From Oikopleura dioica (taxonomy: Eukaryota; Animalia; Chordata), in assembly GCA_907165135.1 (NCBI GenBank), contig OU015568.1, forward strand, positions 11,408,001 through 11,472,000: DNA of 64,000 nucleotides, read 5' to 3'. The translations under genes were made by a program, and so were the position numbers. Within the stretch, counting starts at the first letter, position 1. Every line of letters begins with the position of its first letter. This document shows, piece by piece, positions 25,472-39,421 of the stretch. The notes beneath the pieces were generated by a model. It saw nothing but the letters and a program-made list of their open reading frames with translations. It made no database searches and had not been told where the DNA came from.

Positions 25472-28074
25472 CACTCTTCCTTGATTTCAATTATTCTGCA
25501 CTTTTAATTTCATCTTTATTAATTACCTGTTCAACAGACTTAAGTCTCATTACGAGCCTGATCATCTAGTGCTCTTTACTGCCAAAAACCTGGATGATGG
25601 GCTTTCTGTTCAACTCAACATATCCTCTTGTTAATTAATCCTCCGCCTGTAGCACATAATTATTCAGTATTCAATATATAACATTGAATATGAAATGGCC
25701 TTTATTGTGAAAATAAATTGAAAATGAGTCATTTCCGTATAAGGATACAAAACTGGCACTGAAGGTCCTTGCACCTCGTTCGGAAATCTGCGCTAGTTTC
25801 ACAGCTTCAGCTGTTACTGACCTCGCTTCCGCTTTCCTGATTCATAGGAAGTCCTTACAAGCTTAGCATGTGTTTGACTCACTTGTTGTCATCAAAATGC
25901 TTGTATTTTTTCGAAAAAAAAATGAGTTTGACCTTTTTGAAAATTTAAGGGGTACTGACAAGGGGTAGAGCCCCAAGTTTTCGAAAACTAGGATCATCGA
26001 GCTTGACGAGGAAGTGAATATTAATTGAGTTCTAATGAGGGAAATCCAACGCAGCAGGGGCTTATCACTTGCGCATAAAGCACCTTATTAGAGCCCACTT
26101 ATGTTCGAGAGCTATTTACAGTTTCTTGGTCTGCTAAAGAAGAAACGCGTGGAAACAATCTTTAAATATATTTAATTAATTGACAGTGTGAAGCAATGTG
26201 TTCTATTTACAGTTATAATACAGGATGTAGAAAGATATCAATTGAATCTACTAGCCAGATGCCTTATCGAAGTTCTAAGAGCTCTTCTGGATGAATTATT
26301 CATCGATCTCTTCCTTGATTTCGAATATCTTTCTTCGTGCGGAAGTTTTTGGATAATTTTGCGATTGGAGCCGCGTTTATTATTGAGCTGTTCGGAAAGG
26401 CGAGCTTTGTCAGTTCTGTCTGTTCCACTTCGGAAATTCGCAGGAAGAGCGCCGATTTCTGAACAATAATTTTACGAAAAGACGACCAACAGGAAAGATG
26501 ATACGTTGCTCGATTATTTTTAGTACATTACGGTCAAAATGTGAACAGCTGATTACTAAAAATAGAAATGATATCAAACAATTATCCGAAACAAGAAGCA
26601 ATAAACATCACCTGCTGCCCAAATCGATGGGGGCGGTGTGATTTATGGCCCTGTTCCGGTAGATTAGCTCAAGAATATCATCCTATTTTTTCATATAATA
26701 CTATTCCTATTTTTTCATCTCTTGATAGCTATTTATCTGAACTTACGGCGCGGTACATGTGTTTCGTTGACTTCATTTGTTGATTTTCTTGAAGATCTGG
26801 TATGTAAATGTCCTCGTCTCTACAAAAAATATTTGAAATTTAAATTCAGCAACGATGAAATCTTACATTGAAAGGGGAGGCATCGACCATACTGATTAAT
26901 AAGCTTTGAAGAAGAATAATGAAGATAAGATTGACGATCGTCGACGTTCTTTTTTCTTGAGCTCGTTGGGTTGGAAACAGTGTTGAAACTCTCATGGAAG
27001 TGGGTTGGATTCGTTTATATATTTTTCAGTGGCACGTTTTCTCTTTCACGTTTTGCTACACGTATCGGCAAGGCTTTCCACGTTCAAGAGTTTTCCCTTA
27101 GCTCGGTTGAGAATAGCGCCGCTAGAAGCATTGAGGCTCGGACGCCTCATCATCTCCGAACTTTAAAGTGTCATCTGAGAACCAAGTTTGAACTGTCCTC
27201 AGTCATATGATTTGATTTATTCTTAGATCATTTTTGTATAATTGAAAAACTTGTTATCTATCGAGTCTTTGTACTATAAAAACCCAGAAAAAAACCGAAA
27301 AGGTAGCCAGATTTTATAACTGATTTGCGCAATCTTTATGAATTTTATCTTACCTTTTAGATTCCGAAAAACCAAGAGTATATAAACTTCACAGAAAGAG
27401 AATCTTCTCTTCCGAACGATATATTTTCGGTGAAAACGTCATTGACATATGATCAGCTTTCTCGTGAGCCTTCTCTCACTTCCTCCCATACGTCTGTGAC
27501 TGTAGGATGCACTCCCATCCGATTGTACCTAATGATTCACCAAACAACCCCTCTGACTCAGCTGTCTTCAACTGGTTACCCGTCGAGGGCTGGAGCTCGT
27601 CATTTCCGAACAGATTTATCGAGGAAATATTTGTGAAACATCGCCTTCAAATTGCACGAGTGATAATTGAACAACATAAAGATCAAAAGACACGGTCTAT
27701 TGCTCGAACTTATTTATTGTAACGGTTGCATCTTGCTAAAAGCAAGAGGTAAAAACTTAAACATTTGAAACTTTTGGAGTTTGTGTTGGCAGAAAAGACT
27801 TGGAAATTTCTTGGAGTTGGAATGTTATGCTTTGATTCCTAGCAGTTCTTTCGTCGCAGAGGTGCCCAGTTTTTTGAGAACTGAATAATGATAGACGGCC
27901 GGGCCATAGTGGCTGAACTTTGTCTTTTATAAGTTTCTATTATGTTTTGGCGAAGGATTTGCTGTTTGCCCGTAAAAATTAGACTACTAATCGCTGTATA
28001 ATCGTAATTCCTCCATTAGAGGTAACGACAAAGCGCTAAAACTTCAATCCAATTAATCCAGATTTGACGTCAAT

Positions 28075-30628
28075 CTAACACCCGAAATTGCCCGTAGATT
28101 TATTTCTTTCTCTCAGAAAGCGGGCCAGCTCGATTTCGTTGTCAATTTGAAACTATCCTTGACGCATGAGTCTAACTGAGAGGGAGACAAGTCTGGATCG
28201 CAGTGTTTGTCGTGGAAGACATGAACGAGTTTTGGCTCGTTTGATCGCATGATTCTGATGTTGTTACTTTCAAAGGATTTTATAATGTTATATTTTATTA
28301 TGAAAATAAAAAATTGAGCTGAAATCCTTTCCTGACAACATTTGACGCAAGATAAACATCTTCCATCCCCCAGCCAATGATTTTAACATCAAAGCCACCA
28401 GCTTTATCAAAATCTTCTTTGTACAAACTGACCATGCCGTATCCATACTCGCGCCAAAAACCTCTAATCTCTTCAATTTTGAAATTGTCCGACTCGTCAC
28501 CAACATGCTTATTGTCAAATTGCGAGAAGATTATTGGGTAGTATGCAACTCCTGGCTTTGTATTTTCGAGGAGTCTGTGGAAGAAATCGACGGTGAACTG
28601 CATGTCGATATCGCAAAAGAAGAGAAGCTCTCCATCTTGGCAAGTTTCAGCTCCGATTTGAAGCCCTAAAAATTTAAAGCGCAAGAAAAATTGTGAAGCA
28701 TACCTTTTCCTCTTGAAAATGGCCCATCTGCGTTATGAATTTCGAATAAATAATTTGGATATTCTGCTTTTACTTCATCCAGCATTTCCTTGAGTTTCTT
28801 CTCATCCTCTGGAGTCGAGTGATCATCATTTGCAAAATAGACGACTTTGACGTTGATGTGGATTCTGTGAGAAAGGGCAGCGATTTTCAATCGGTCAAGG
28901 AAAACACGAACAGCGTCGGATCTGCCAGAAAGTGGAATGATAAAATTGACAGGAGTTGGATTTGCTTCTTGATTGTAGTCTGATTTTTGATTGATAGCAT
29001 TGTTTATAAGAGGCATTTGAAGCTGTCCGGGTTCCTCCATCATCAACGATAAAAAGGACCGCTTTGCTCTGAAAGCGGCGGTGACAGTATTTTCTTCTCC
29101 ATTGATGATGTGTTTCATGTCAATCATGGTAAGATATTCGGTCGCTGTACCGGATGTTGTTTGATAAACACGGTCTACGTGAATTCGCTCGATCTTCCCA
29201 TGGAGTTTATTTTCCTAAAAAAGAAAGTTCTGATCCTTATTTCCGAGGTTGTAATCAGACCTTGTAATATGCCTTCGCAGCTTCTCTCGCGAGTTCCGTC
29301 ACGACATTGACCCAGGGTTGGAGAATACCACGAGAAATGAAGTCGATAGAATAATGCCGCCCTTGTGTGATTTGCTGCCAAACGACAGATTTGTCACGTG
29401 GTAATTTGTAGAATTTGCGATCTTTGAAAGGCGAATTGTCAAAGATTTCTTTTCTCATTCTTTCAACGTCCTTTTCGAGCTCAGATGCTGAAATAATTAT
29501 TTTACGACGGGTCTGAAATCAACGAAGAGTACCTGATTGACGAAGCTTTTGGATTTTCTTGAGCATGACAGTATTATGAAGAGCGAATTGATTAGCCTGG
29601 ATTTTGTTCGCGTGGTAGGTTGCTGAATGAGCGGCTACTTCTTCAAACAAAGGCTTTAGTCCTTCTGAGTCAGTTTCTTCCACATTGTAATTATTCTTGA
29701 AAAGCGCAGCCATTTCATAAGACTTGGTGCAGCCAACATTAGCATGATGATAAACACATCTTCCAAGCTCGATATCTTCGTGCTCAGTCATCAGATTATT
29801 CTTGAGACACTCCCCCAGCTTGGGTGACAATTTTTGCAGGGTAATTTTCGAAAAGACAATTCCAGGACCGCCCATACAGTAGACCATGTTGTCCTCAACG
29901 AAATCATCGTTATCTCGACCAAACCCTGGCGAACCAATGTACAGTGCATCAGATGAGTTTATTCTTCTCAACAAGCTCTCCAAGTGTTCTTTACGAGTTT
30001 ACTAAATTGTCAGCGCTTTTTCAGATGTTGAAAAGATGATTTAGCAAACTTTCCTATGTGAACATACGCATCATCATCGAGCCTGAGAAACCACTCGTAA
30101 TCGTTTACTTTGTGATCATGGACGTAACGCATCATCGAAAAAGATTTCTTCTGAGGCGGGTAGACATTATCCGAAATTCCGGGCATTTTGACGATATGAT
30201 GAGGAACGCCTGTGTAGTTACTTTGGGCAAAAATTTCCACGTCGACGCCAGAATCCTTGTTCCATGTTTTTAATGAACTTGCCCAGGTTTCGGCGGCAGT
30301 TTTGACTCTTGAATCGATGAATTTGTCAGCAGACATCATGGCAACATAGAGGAACTTTCTTTTTCTTCGTGGTTTTTGGCGGATTCTCCCAGGAGCTGAA
30401 TCAAGTATTGAAGCAAGATGAAAAATTAATATTGCTCGAGTGCTTACCGTCCAGCTCGCCATCAGGAATATTATCCTCCGACGTGTAGTCAACACTGTAT
30501 CCCTTGCCACGTTTGCAGCTGTTTTCCATTTTGATCACACTCTGTCCCAGGAGCCATCCTATCAGGACTCCTATCGCAGCCTGCCAGTACCATTTTCTCT
30601 CTTGCTTCGCCGTTTTCATCGCGCCCAT
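28075..30628 (-). CDS. CHSY1: Chondroitin sulfate synthase 1/3-like glycosyltransferase (probable 1-nt indels near the 3' end)
   Basis: Type II TM; YPPQKKSFSMMRYVHDHKVNDYEWFLRLDDDAYV; YCMGGPG; EHEDIELGRC; FFCDIDM; GFWREYGYG; GWGMEDV; HVFHDKHCDPDL. Confidence 0.92.
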
Positions 30629-32687
30629 ATGAGACGATCTTAAAATCACGTCACTCTTTTGCATTTCTTCTAACTTTTGTCCCGCTTTGTCTCTCAAGTA
30701 GCCGATTATTTTCAAGAGCCTACAGTGGCTAATCACTGGAGGCTTCATAAAAAATTTATGCGCACCGCCCTCCATCTTATCCGCAAGCGAATCTCCCGAA
30801 ATCCCGCATTCTTTTTGTATTTACATCATAAAATTTAGATAAAAATACTCCTGGTGGAGCGTGAGAGAAATGATTTACGCGTATCAAAGTAACATTTTCC
30901 CACATTTACCGAGCATGTTCATTTCGAAGCTCTTTCTCTTCAAGTTAGCCTACTGATTATAAAAATAATCAGCATTTTTCTTCTTTATTTGACAATTAAG
31001 ATGCGACTGAAGTGATTGTAATTGGCCCCTGACACAGACACACGTCTCTGTTTTCTCTCAGCCGCTCGCGATTAGTTGGGTTTGAATTCAGAGGACGGGT
31101 TGACTTTAGTAGGGCTCAAAATCAATCAACTTTGCTTTCAGTCCTGCTGATAGAATCAAGAGAAAGTGACGCATCACGCCCAAAGATGGAACAAAGATCA
31201 ACGAGATCCTATCTAATCAACCAAATTTATTAATAAAAAAACCTTTCTTTTGAAAGTATTCCTATGCTAGAATAAGTTATCATTTACAGCCCTCTCGGGC
31301 GCCAAAAGGGTTGAACTTTTTATTCTGAGCTCGAATCTGTTGATATATAAACAAAAATTATGCGCGGCCAAGTAGTAACGTGTTCGACTTACGTGAACTT
31401 TATTTCATTACTTATTCGTCTAAGGTACATATTTTCGAAAATCGCGGCGAAAAGGCATTAAAAATCGCAAAAAGCAAAACATAAAAAAAAAGTTGAAAAT
31501 ATTCACCCCTTCATTGAAGCTTCTCTTTGCTCTGAAACCCGCTTCATTGTTGTTTATCAGCAGAAAATAACAATTTGGAATCGGTTCAAGGCTTCTTTTG
31601 TCAGCTACGGTCAATTAAATAACAGACATAAAACTATTTTACAACGTGCTTCATACGATGTACCAGCTACCAAGGGTAATCCTAGAATTCAGTTTTTACC
31701 CAAAACAAAGATATCCCGTAAGGATAATCCGTAATCGCAAAAATTCAATTTGAATAAAGATAAGCGTCATCCAACATCAAGCGTTTCAAGTTGAAACTTT
31801 CAACTATTTACGTGTTGGATTCAAGGCCTATCGGATAAGCGCAGACTTTTCGACATATATTGCTACCAATTTTATGATGACTGAAGGTGCAGCTGCGCAA
31901 AATCTCTTGATCTTTTTCTCTGGGTTGAAATTAGCTAACTATTCAAAGAACAACATGCTAAAACTTAAAATTGTAAAAACTTACGGAAATAACACGGAAT
32001 AGCCGGCAGAATCTTATCAAGTAAACCAAGAACTTTGCAGAATCGAGGTAAAAGCGCCGCCGGCCACGACTACCGTTCCGTTCTAGTTTAATTTTGTCAG
32101 AGTGAGCGCCGTTCAACTCACTCCTGTCAAAGCAAATCTGCGCAGAAAGCTCATCGTCGCTGCCTGCGGGGCTTCGCAGGATCAAGCTCGTCCTGGCTGC
32201 TTGAAATCAGTGATAAAAAAATTTGGCCTTGAAAATTCAAGAAGCAAAAAGCACTTCAAAAATAAAAAAAGTACCTAAAATATCTCATAGTGTCCTCTTG
32301 TGCAATTGTCTCTCAATTAGACTCTTATAAATGAGCTCATCCTGACTTCTCTGAGCAACATCAACATCAAAGCTAAAAGCGGAAATTTTTCCAAGGGCTC
32401 AAAATACGGAAAGACAACAGGAAGCCACTTGAACGAATTCTTTTCATATCGACAAGAAGTCTTTTCAGCGGCGTCTAGTAGCTCACTAATGCTTTTGTAA
32501 ACTTGAGATTTCACTAAAAGCTCTGTGGGTCACTATCATCAGAATTCATCGCATTCGTAGTGTCCGGCATCCCGCGGTTATCTGATTCTCCCTTTCAGGA
32601 ACTTTTCTCCTGCTGTGTCGCGAGTACGCCACCTTTTCTGCGAGAATCGGTATATACTCCACTTTCTACATTCATCAGCAAACCAAA

Positions 32688-33316
32688 ATGACCCGAAAAC
32701 ATTCTACTCTTACCAAACCACAGGACGAATTCCTGAATAACTACTTTTTGAAATCACAAGAACCCCAGATGAATCCCAGAAGCAGTTTCTCATTGAAAAG
32801 ACAGGGATGAGCAACGGACAAATTAACAAATGGTTCATGTCGAAGCGGAAGAATATGCGAAAAGCAAAGATCGAGACGAAAATCACGCTAGAAATGCTTC
32901 AGAAAAACGTCGGATCCTTTTGGCCTGAGAAGAAAAACCAAGAAGAAGCTTCCAAAGTCATCGAAAAACTCATCCTTCAAATGCAGGCTCTTCCTCCACG
33001 ACTTTCCCGAAAGAAATTAACGGTCGCAGAAAAACCCATTCGTCCGGAGATCTCGAAAACAATCCGTCAAGACTTCCAGGCACTGAAGGATGATGATCAA
33101 TCACCCGAGAAAGCGCTCGACATTTGTGACGACTTCATCGCTGAAACAGACGACCAGAACGAATTGCCATCTTACACCCTTCTCAGCGAAGATGAAGGCC
33201 CTGAAATTTGCCTTCCGATGTACTACCAAAATGCGATCGAGTTTATCAACAAACAACGAGTCTATTATTCCTCTGACAACACCTTCGAACTGCTCTGGTC
33301 TCTCAACTGCCAATAA
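32688..33316 (+). CDS. Divergent intronless homeobox gene (needs +1 nt at T5 32745-49)
   Basis: Restored MTRKHSTLTKPQDEFLNNYFFEITRTPDESQKQFLIEKTGMSNGQINKWFMSKRKN fits the homeodomain pattern (Q-x-x-x-L-x-x-x-F, P, L...G-M/L-S...Q-I-x-x-W-F-x-x-x-R); TATA-like TATATA at 32651. Confidence 0.65.
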
Positions 33317-33706
33317 ATACTGATAATAAACAAAAACTACAAAAAAACTTACAGTCGTACAAGCATCTTCTTACTTCCCTCTCTCTATCTTTTATTCAGA
33401 TTTTTGCATCTAATTCTAGATAGCGATATTAAATCAGTTCATCAAGTTGTTTGTTATCTTCAGTTCGCGCGATCACCAACGCTTGCCTTTCAAAAAAATA
33501 TCGCATGTTCAACAATGTCGTTTCAGTCAAACAATTTCGAGTGAAACCAAGGAAGGTCCCCAAGAATGACCAGCTTTCGCGGCTCATTTCCTTCTGTAAT
33601 TTGGCTCTCTTCTTTTGACTTATCTAAAATTAAGCTGTCCTACTATTGGCCTGGCTCTTTCATATTTTTCACCGTGAGCAGTACATCTACAGAGAGCCGC
33701 TGAGAT

Positions 33707-35118
33707 ATGTTGGGAAAGGTTACATCGCATTTTTGTTATCTCTGGTTCCTATAATAATATCGTTAGGCTTACCGGACTGAATTTCGACTCATTTTTCTAG
33801 CTTGATTCAGTGGTCATGTGACGCAAATATAGAAAGCCTAGAACCAGGGCTTTCATTTGAGCACCATATCGAGTGGTCTGGGTCATGCCCGCAAGGCAAT
33901 TTATGGGACCTGAAGTTCCAAAATGAGCACTAGAATTCTTTAGAAGAATTTTCGATGCCGGGCCGGCCTTCTCAGAAGTCGAGAGTCAGTTATTTAGAAA
34001 GCCCATGCTCTGAGCTTTCCGTAGAGCCCAAGAAATCTTAGTGCAGAGCGGTTTGTGGCCTTCAGCGAGCGCTTGAAGTCTTGTTTTTGCGGTTAAATTT
34101 CAATGAAATTGATGACTTTCTCCCAAAAAATGGCCAAAATAGGCAGTAAATTGACAATTAAACTGATCGCTGAAGGCCACAAACCGCTCTGCACTAAGAT
34201 TTCTTGGGCTCTACGGAAAGCTCAGAGCCTGGGCTTTCTAAATAACTGACTCTCGACTTCTGAGAAGGCCGGCCCGGCATCGAAAATTCTTCTAAAGAAT
34301 TCTAGTGCCCATTTTGGAACTTCAGGTCCCATAAATTGCCTTGCGGGCATGACCCAGACCCTCGATATGGTGCTCAAATGAAAGCCCTGGTTCTAGGCTT
34401 TCTATATTTGCGTCACATGACCACTGAATCAAGCTAGAAAATGAGTCGAAATTCAGTCCGGTAAGCCTAAATATCGTGCTCAAACCTTGTTGAATAGTGG
34501 TTATTTCCGATACTTGACGGACATAATTCATCAATTGGCAATCATCAATTATTGTCTTCTATTGCTGGGCGCTCATTACCAGAACGGACGAATCTCAAGA
34601 TTTTCATCTTGGTTGCAAGGAACTATCATCGGACCTGGCAGCACGATTGTATTTGGAAATTTCTACCTTGTTTATAGCTTCAACAGAAGTGTCGTAGGAA
34701 TGCGGCCCCTTTGGCTTGCACATGGTAAAAAATGCTTATTTATCTTAGAAAATTAATCCTTTTCAGTCCAGCACGCAGGGGTTTTTATAGCATCTCTTCT
34801 GGAAGCCTACAATTTTTCTCACTCAAAATGTTGGCCCGATAGAATACCTGGCCAAATTTTAAGTGCGGTGTATTCAACTTGGATTACCTCGATCTATCAT
34901 GGTAAATTACTTTCCTTTAGATAATAAACGACAAATTCTTAGTGACCGGAAGATGGCCTTATCCATATTTTCCTACGACAAAGTGGTTTTTGCTGAATTT
35001 TCTTATCGTGGAGACGGCTGGTTCGCTTTTTACTGCAATGTACTTTTCATTCTTTTTGTTTCTTGAAAAGGTGATTTTGAAACTGAGGCTGAAACTTTCT
35101 CTTGGAATAAATTTATAA
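33707..35118 (+). pseudogene. AIG1/ADTRP (FAR-17a) family membrane hydrolase, first coding exon interrupted by a MITE
   Basis: FRYLT (catalytic Thr position), WLAHVQH (catalytic His region), YHVTGRWPYP; two in-phase GT-AG introns; 706-bp insertion at about codon 19. Confidence 0.75.
33764..34469. mobile_element. Near-perfect palindromic hAT-like MITE (706 bp)
   Basis: Arms 33764-34068 and 34167-34469 are reverse complements with about 4 differences; 98-bp spacer; TAGGCTTACC...GGTAAGCCTA termini; 8-bp TSD AATATCGT (33756-63 / 34470-77). Confidence 0.9.
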
Positions 35119-35144
35119 TATGTTTTCCAAGTGATCATTTTTAT

Positions 35145-36832
35145 TTATGAATTCATTGTTGAGAATATCCAGCTGGTGAACGAGGACACTTTAGCATAGA
35201 CTCCAGGATTATCTGGGAAAGCGCATCCGAAGCCCCAGCTGACGACGCCGTAGATGACAGCAGTGCCAGATTCTTCGCAAACAAGAGGTCCGCCGGAATC
35301 ACCTTGGCAGGAGTCCTTTCCTCCGTCAGTAATGCCGTCTCCGTTGAAATCTGGAACACCGGCGCAGAACTCGTTATCTTGAACGAGTCCGCTCATGTCG
35401 GGGATAGAGGTGCAAGCTTCTTGGGAGAAAGCATGGACGCCAACATCACGGAGCTAAATTTACGAATAGGATAGGAAAACATGGGATACGCATTACGAAT
35501 GTAGAAGAGCTACCACCGGAGGAGATAGTTCCCCAGCCAGCAACGTAGCAAAGTCTCTTATCGTCGACATGAGTCGATGGGAGGCAAACAGGTTTCCAAC
35601 AGTCATTGCATCCGGCCGGTTGAGAATCTATTGTAATTGATTATTTTGTGTTTTTTCTTGCTCATAATCATTTTAGATAGTTGACAAAAATAATACAAGT
35701 ATAATTAAATCAAACCTGTCAGATTTGGAACTTCGACGAGACAGACATCAGATCCGGGAGAATTAGAAGAACCAAGATTACCGTTGTAATCGGGATGCTT
35801 TGTGATGCTGATTGAGGTAACCTGAAATTCTTCATCTGTGGAAGCTCCACCAATCATTCGATCTTCAGATCCCACAATCACGTTCATTGAACTCAGTCCA
35901 TCGCAACAATGGGCCGCTTTTTAATATTTCGAAAAGTCTATAATTATCGATGATTCTTGTCATTTTATTGATAATTAAACAAATTAACCCTTGAATAAAT
36001 CTTGATATCAAAACTTTCCTGTAAGAATCCAGTCATTGGTTCCGCTTGGATTGGCAGAAATGATGCTGCCACCACATCCTGGCGTCTTGACAATCCAGGG
36101 CCATGTTGTTTTTCTATCAACGGTTTGTCCACCGACAATTTTCGAAGTAGCGAAATCCTTGATCTTGCGTTTTCTTCTAGCGGAAAATGGATTAGTTGGA
36201 TCTGCGCAGGTCAAGCCAGAAGGCATTGAAGCTGGACCGCTTTCCCATCCGTCACCTCCGATGATAGAATTGCCACAGAGAAGCTGGTCGAATCTGTTCT
36301 TTCGGATTTCACCGTTTCTGCACTTGACTTTGAACTCCTGGGAAACTTCTCCAGCATCATGGATGTTGTCAGAGTCAGTATCGCAGAAAAGCTTATATGT
36401 TGGCTTCTTTCGAGCATTCGTGCACGTACCGACAGCTTGTCCCTCATCAGGGCTCATTGTAGCAACGAAAGCGTCGACTTCAGATTTGCAATTGCAAGTG
36501 AGATCGCCACATTGCTCGTTCAAGCTCATCTTTTTGATTCGTCTGCATTTAACGTTGGTGAACCGCTGAGTGGTTCCTGTCGCTGGACAAGTCCAATCAA
36601 TAGTTTTTCTTTTTCCACCGTCCTTTCAAATAAATTCCTCAAGGTAACTTGTGAAATAACTTACCGAAACGCAAGTAGCCACCGCGTCAGGTCCATTTTT
36701 AGGCATCTCAGTGCATCCGCAAGCATCACTCTTCGTCACTTTGGTCTTCTTCTTCTTTCTCTCGCCATTAGCATCGAAGTAGTAGTCCTGAGCGACAACG
36801 GCGCCAAGAACGAGAGCCGGTAAAAGCTTCAT
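35145..36832 (-). CDS. Secreted trypsin-like serine protease with a Cys-rich N-terminal pro-region
   Basis: Signal peptide [14 protein letters not shown]; activation site K|IVGG; [24 protein letters not shown] (S1 Asp). Confidence 0.95.
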
Positions 36833-37967
36833 CGCAAGATCTTTTACGAATAAGAACTGCGATGTATTAGAGGGAAGCCGTCGGAGAAATGATGCACTGA
36901 GAATTTGATGGCCGAGACTATTAGCACTTTTGTTTGTCTATGATGAGAAGCCAAAATCTAATAATAAATAAATATATTTTAATTAAGACTTGCAGCCTTG
37001 AAGAGTAGATATTAATAACTTATTCCAATCTTATGATTTTTCCATCTTCTTCAGAACATTTTGCATAATCAAGTAGACAGCTTATCCGCGGTAGTTGTCC
37101 GCCCAAATGATCAACAGCAAATTCATACATGCCTTTTTCTTCTGCAGTTAAAATTCTCATTTTGGGATTTTGCGGAAAACCTGGCTACAGATTTTTCTAT
37201 GCGATGTTTGAACAACTCTGCTCTTTCTTTAACCGTTTCAGAAATTTTTTCGTTGAAAGAGAGAGAACACGAGATCCAGAGCTTTACATCAACATGACTG
37301 CGTTAGTAGAAACGACTGGGCTTCAAAGAGATCTGTTTGAAGCGATGGATATTGAGGAATTGGAAAGCTTGTGGAAACGAGTCTATTTGTTGCAAGAACA
37401 ATCTTCTCTTAGCTCGGACAAAATGATGGATCGTGTTTTAGACGACGAGGAGAAATATGCTGGAATTTTCGCAACTTATGAGATTGACAACATTGGTAAC
37501 TAATCATCGGTAAATATACTTTTCTCATCATCATTTTAGATAGCATGGAGCTTGATCAAATAGGAGAGTCTGGGGACGACTCTTCTGCCAGGAAAATTCA
37601 TTAACTGAGTTTAAATTTGAGCTGCTAATAGTATCCAAAGCGGGTTCATAAATTGGATACAGTGGTTATGGCGACACCAAAATAAATGATTTGGTTTGTT
37701 ATGCTGGCTCCGCATGTGAAGCCCATTCAATCGAGTCGGAAATGGAATATTATCGCAACGATGAAGTAAGTAACGTAAGTATAGCTACATTTTATAAAGA
37801 AAATTGAAAGTTTAACAAAAAGGGAAGACGAGATGACGAATCGAGCATTCAAACAGTTGCTTCATACTCACTGAGCTTTATTTCTGATGAAGAAAACATG
37901 ATACTTTACTACTGAAATAAAACGAGTTAGGCAAACATTTATTGTTATTTCTCAAGCTACAGACATG

Positions 37968-39313
37968 CTACATAATTGAACAGTTTTTCTTTGCATCACT
38001 CTCATCTGTGCTGTCGTTATCTTCAACTTGTTCAGCCGGACGTTTTCGAGAGGCGATTCCGAGGCGGTCTTCTTCTGTTTTCAGCAGACTTTCGAACGTT
38101 GTGAGTTCCTTCTTGATGTCACTTTCTTGGAGAGAATCTGCGATTTTGTTCAACTTTTTGATTTCCTAAAATATAAGAAAAATGACAAGGTATTTAATGG
38201 TTTTATGAATACCAAATCACGCTCAGAAATCGCCTGTTGTGACTCTGCTTGATTATCTTTCAGTTTTTCAATTTCAATTAGGTTTTTGCGATTCTCTTCT
38301 TCCAGTTGCAGAAGCTCATTCTTGTGCTGCTCCTCTATAAATCGATAAAGAAAGAAACTAAAAAAAAATTACCTGCTGAAGCAATTTTTTTCTCTGCAAT
38401 CACAAATTTTGAGTGATTTGCTGAAGCGTCCGCTTTATAATCTGAAACCTGTTTCTTCAAGTTTTTGATTTCCATTTCGTATTCATTCTTTCTCTTTTGC
38501 TCATTCTCCTGTATCTGCAGAATCTCATTTCTAAAGCTTTCTGCTAACTCCTCAGTCGGCTGCAATGTGGGATGAGTTTCACAACGTTCAATTCGCTCAG
38601 CTTCTTGGTTCTTTCTGAGCGCGATAAAATCTTCCAGAAGCTGATTTTTCATTGCAGCCATCTCCTCTGCACTTTGAAGCTTATTTTTAGTTGCATGCAG
38701 TTCAGTCGATGAGGTAGAAAGTTGTGCATTCAGAACTTCGATGAAACATATTTTAGAAACAAATCATAATCAACAATCACCTGTTATTTTGCCACTCAAG
38801 TCTGAATTTTCTTTCGTAAGACGTTTAACATCTTCCTCAAGCTGCTTTGCTTCACGTGTTTTTTGAGTAAGATTAAGATTTGTTCGCTCAAAACGGTCTT
38901 CGCTACTTTTAAGCGCAGATTTAACAACTTCCAATGTTTTCTCTGTTTCGCCATTGAGCTTTCTCAATGCTTCCAGTTCTCTTTTGAGGTTAGCTGTTTT
39001 CATTTGCTCGCTTGAAACTTGAATTAGAATCGGGCATATTTATTCAGTTTACCGATGATGTTCGTCTGCTTGGTCATCCAAAAGTCTTCTGGCTTCACAC
39101 ATCTCACTTTCATAGAAGACTTTGATTCTGTTCAATTCCAACAAATGATCTAAAACAGAATAAGAAACTCTTAATGAATCCAAATTTACCTTTTCTAACG
39201 ATTTCAATAGCTACTTCTCCAGCTTTTGCTCTATTTTCCAGTCTGATATTGCTCTCAATCACATTCTGCAATCTGTCCTTCAAACTTATTCTCTGCTTTT
39301 CTTCCGCCGTCAT
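37968..39313 (-). CDS. LMN: Nuclear lamin (short head, no Ig-fold, CaaX = CSIM)
   Basis: SLKDRLQNVIE (coil 1A), FYESEMCEARRLLDD, IKKELTTFESLLKTEEDRL (rod-end consensus), NLS RKRP, terminal CSIM*. Confidence 0.8.
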
Positions 39314-39421
39314 TTTTTTTGCAATATTAACTAAAACAAAAAACTAAAAATCAATCTAACGGGGTGCGAAAAAATTCATCTGCTGCACGAGTAGTAATAC
39401 AGTAAGGAATTTGTGCAAAGC

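Noticed and set aside
25500-27000. Minus-strand exons with a signal peptide (MRVSTL...LISMVDA) and weak TGF-beta propeptide resemblance
   Set aside because: Exon phases could not be joined and no cystine-knot mature domain was found
33762-34477. Palindromic MITE spliced out as a new intron (GTTAG at its left edge)
   Set aside because: The nearby acceptors I tested at the right end all give a stop or the wrong frame
37129-37620. Plus-strand acidic ORF between the protease and lamin
   Set aside because: Low-complexity, no clear start or homology; left unannotated
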